Below, one piece after another: positions 62,124-64,000 of a stretch of 64,000 nucleotides of DNA. Source of the DNA: Micavibrio sp. (lineage in GTDB: Bacteria; Pseudomonadota; Alphaproteobacteria; Micavibrionales; Micavibrionaceae); the NCBI GenBank assembly GCA_046294845.1, contig JBKBNU010000002.1, forward strand, positions 10,940 to 74,939, written 5' to 3'. Positions within the stretch are counted from its first letter, which is position 1, and every line of letters begins with the position of its first letter. The position numbers and the translations under genes were made by a program. A model generated the notes under the pieces. That model was given only the letters and a program-made list of their open reading frames with translations. It was not told the origin of the DNA and did not search any database.

Positions 62124-62489
62124 CTAGCGCCGCCATAAAATCGTGATAAACAGCGCCTTGGCATAAGGTAAAATCAGCAACGCCAGCCCCAGCGCCAAAG
62201 AAGGCCACAGAACCATCGGCATCCACATCGGCCACGTTGAATCACGTTCAAACTCAAGAATAAGCGGCACAATAATATGCCCGACCGCCAGAATAGTGAG
62301 CCACGCCGGACCATCATCGGCACGGATATGGCCATATTTTTCACCACAAACCGCACAGGCATCCACCTGCCGCAAATAGGCGCGGAATAATTTACCTTCA
62401 CCGCATCGGGGGCAGCAGCCACGTAATGCTCTTTTAGCTTGCGGCCAGAAGGGTGGTTTTTCATTTAGCGGTACTTCTGATTCACTCAT
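62124..62489 (-). CDS. DUF983-family zinc-ribbon membrane protein
   Basis: 121 aa. CPRCGEGKLF...CAVCGE followed by 2 TM helices. Confidence 0.75.
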   Translation of the reverse strand: MSESEVPLNEKPPFWPQAKRALRGCCPRCGEGKLFRAYLRQVDACAVCGEKYGHIRADDGPAWLTILAVGHIIVPLILEFERDSTWPMWMPMVLWPSLALGLALLILPYAKALFITILWRR

Positions 62490-62746
62490 GCACTGATCTC
62501 GATTAATTTTTGGCGGCTGGTGTGTCCTTTTACGATTATTACCCGTGAAGGGGCAACATCAAAATGACGTGCCAATAGCCGTATCAGAGCCTCGTTGGCC
62601 TTGTTCTTGTCGGGAGGTGCGGTGACATAAACCTGCAAGATATCTTGTCCTTCAGTATTTTTCCTGATTTCACCGATACGGTCAGCCGCCGCTTTGGGTG
62701 TCAGTTTGATCTGAAGCATCAGGGGATATGCCATATTATCGACCAT
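62486..62746 (-). CDS. DUF167 (YggU) family protein
   Basis: 86 aa. VYVTAPPDKNKANEALIRLLARHFDV.PSRVIIVKGHTSRQK. Confidence 0.75.
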   Translation of the reverse strand: MVDNMAYPLMLQIKLTPKAAADRIGEIRKNTEGQDILQVYVTAPPDKNKANEALIRLLARHFDVAPSRVIIVKGHTSRQKLIEISA

Positions 62747-62840
62747 AAAGGTAAACCTCGCGATATGCTGTCATGATGGCTCAAGTCATGTTAATCTTGC
62801 CAGCAGCTATTTGACATCCCCCGCAACAGGATATCACGCC

Positions 62841-63263
62841 ATGAAATTTACTAAAATCGGCTCTCCGAAGCAGCCCCCCCAAAAACAGCAGCAGCAACAG
62901 CAACAACAGCAGGCTGCGACCAAGACCATCTTCCAGCTCGAGCCCTATATGAAGATACGTTTTAATAATGATGGCTGGGTTGAAGAGCTGGGACGCGGCG
63001 GTCCGGAAGATCCGCCGGGAATTATCATGCAGGGCGTATCAGGCAGCAAACTGGATGATATTTTTGCCCGCCGTTTCTATGATCTTTATAGCCGTGTGGT
63101 TATATTTGATATCCATCCCCGCCGCCCAACCGATCAAACCTGTGTGTCCGGCGTGATCCCGTTCAAGGATCTGGAGGTTGACTCGCCTTTATACAAGCGC
63201 GTGAACAAGATCATCGAGCTGGGCAATCATAATTTTAATATGAACCTCAAGCCTTTGGAGTGA
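62841..63263 (+). CDS. Hypothetical protein with poly-Gln tract
   Basis: Start taken at the ATG at 62841 (MKFTKIG). The KQQQQQQQQQ tract is encoded by a CAG/CAA run. Confidence 0.5.
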   Translation: MKFTKIGSPKQPPQKQQQQQQQQQAATKTIFQLEPYMKIRFNNDGWVEELGRGGPEDPPGIIMQGVSGSKLDDIFARRFYDLYSRVVIFDIHPRRPTDQTCVSGVIPFKDLEVDSPLYKRVNKIIELGNHNFNMNLKPLE

Positions 63264-63275
63264 TCCCTATTTGAA

Positions 63276-63725
63276 TCAGGCCTCCTTGTCAGGGGGCATG
63301 ACAGGGGGATAGGACGGAAACGCCGTATCCCCTTTTATCTTGCGCGCCAGATGCACAGCCAGTGCCGTACAAAAAATCACCAGAACGGGCGCCGCCGATA
63401 AATAAAGCAAAGACAGAAACAGTCCAAACAATCCCCCGCCCAGCGCCGGCAGTATATAGTCCTTCTGCCAATGACCCATGAAATCCTTGATATAACCGGC
63501 AAGGAGAAACAGGCCACCCCGAACAAAACCAAACCCCAATGCCAATCCCCCAAGGCCGGAAAGAATAGCACCAAAAATCATGATGGTCCCGCCAAAAGCC
63601 AGCAAAGGCAATCCCACACATAGAAGGCCAATACCGCCCAAAGTCAGCAAAACGCTCTGCTCCAGAGCCCGCGGGCCCGCCCCGCCCCATTTCAAGTCCT
63701 GCTTGTCAATTTGATCTGTATCCAT
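63276..63725 (-). CDS. Hypothetical 4-TM membrane protein
   Basis: 149 aa with Gly-rich hydrophobic helices. Confidence 0.5.
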   Translation of the reverse strand: MDTDQIDKQDLKWGGAGPRALEQSVLLTLGGIGLLCVGLPLLAFGGTIMIFGAILSGLGGLALGFGFVRGGLFLLAGYIKDFMGHWQKDYILPALGGGLFGLFLSLLYLSAAPVLVIFCTALAVHLARKIKGDTAFPSYPPVMPPDKEA

Positions 63726-64000
63726 GCCGAATTTCCTTCCTCTTTTGTTTTAGCGGAAGGCCGCGCCCTCCCGCAAACAGAGTAGCAGAAATAAATTTTA
63801 TTGTTATTTAACAATGAATTATAATTTTTATACCAAAGAGTATAAAAAACTGATTGACGGGATAATGAGGGCGTCTTATATTTGTACTATACAGTACATA
63901 ATTAACTTGGAAAAGGAACACATCATGCTGACATCAACCCCCACACCCGCATTTCAGGATCTTTTTTTCGCCCGCTCTATGCACCAGACTTTCAATCGTG

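Noticed and set aside
63875-63895. Inverted repeat TGTAC-N6-GTACA upstream of a truncated ORF at the window end, as a possible LexA/SOS box
   Set aside because: It does not match the alphaproteobacterial LexA direct-repeat box (GTTC-N7-GTTC) or the E. coli CTGT-N8-ACAG box. The downstream gene is cut by the window edge, so no context is available.

Overview
This 64-kb window looks alphaproteobacterial: it has a circularly permuted two-piece tmRNA gene, an alpha-type ClpXP adaptor SspB, and hflK-hflC-DUF2065-degP synteny. All family assignments come from motifs read by eye; no BLAST, HMM or folding was run, and names recalled from literature are flagged as such.

The window has four parts:
- (1) 1-11.7 kb is a heavy-metal resistance block. 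The plus strand carries a NodT-type outer membrane factor, a small His-rich membrane protein, an APC permease and a Cu/Ag P1B-ATPase. A convergent czcCBA-type RND operon and a small Cys/His-rich secreted protein sit on the minus strand.
- (2) About 12.0-30.85 kb is a visibly more AT-rich island of about 18.9 kb. It is bounded by a 17-bp direct repeat, one copy of which lies inside a 3' remnant of a tRNA-Met-like gene next to a P4-type tyrosine integrase. Its cargo is entirely defence-like: an SF2 helicase / GHKL (MORC-like) ATPase / PLD nuclease operon; an Ssp-type DNA phosphorothioation cassette (cysteine desulfurase, DUF4007, giant P-loop ATPase, PAPS-reductase-like) with an embedded membrane protein, a SAM methyltransferase and a trailing YwbE-AlbA_2 fusion; and a free-standing group-II-intron-like reverse transcriptase (RT).
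- (3) 30.9-33.2 kb holds a DUF2924 + large serine recombinase pair and tRNA-Arg(CCG).
- (4) 33.4-64 kb is ordinary core genome: asmA, an ABC ATPase, gpx, sspB adaptor, O-antigen ligase-like, ssrA, thyA-folA, apbC, hflKC, degP, miaA, ldh, osmC, a kef-type antiporter, leuS and others.

The most unusual locus is the RT. Its roughly 600-nt upstream leader holds two perfect 125-bp direct repeats. Further upstream lie a 4-TM protein gene and a GC-rich structured leader capped by a terminator. I could not fit this arrangement to retron, DGR, DRT2 or mobile group II intron architectures.
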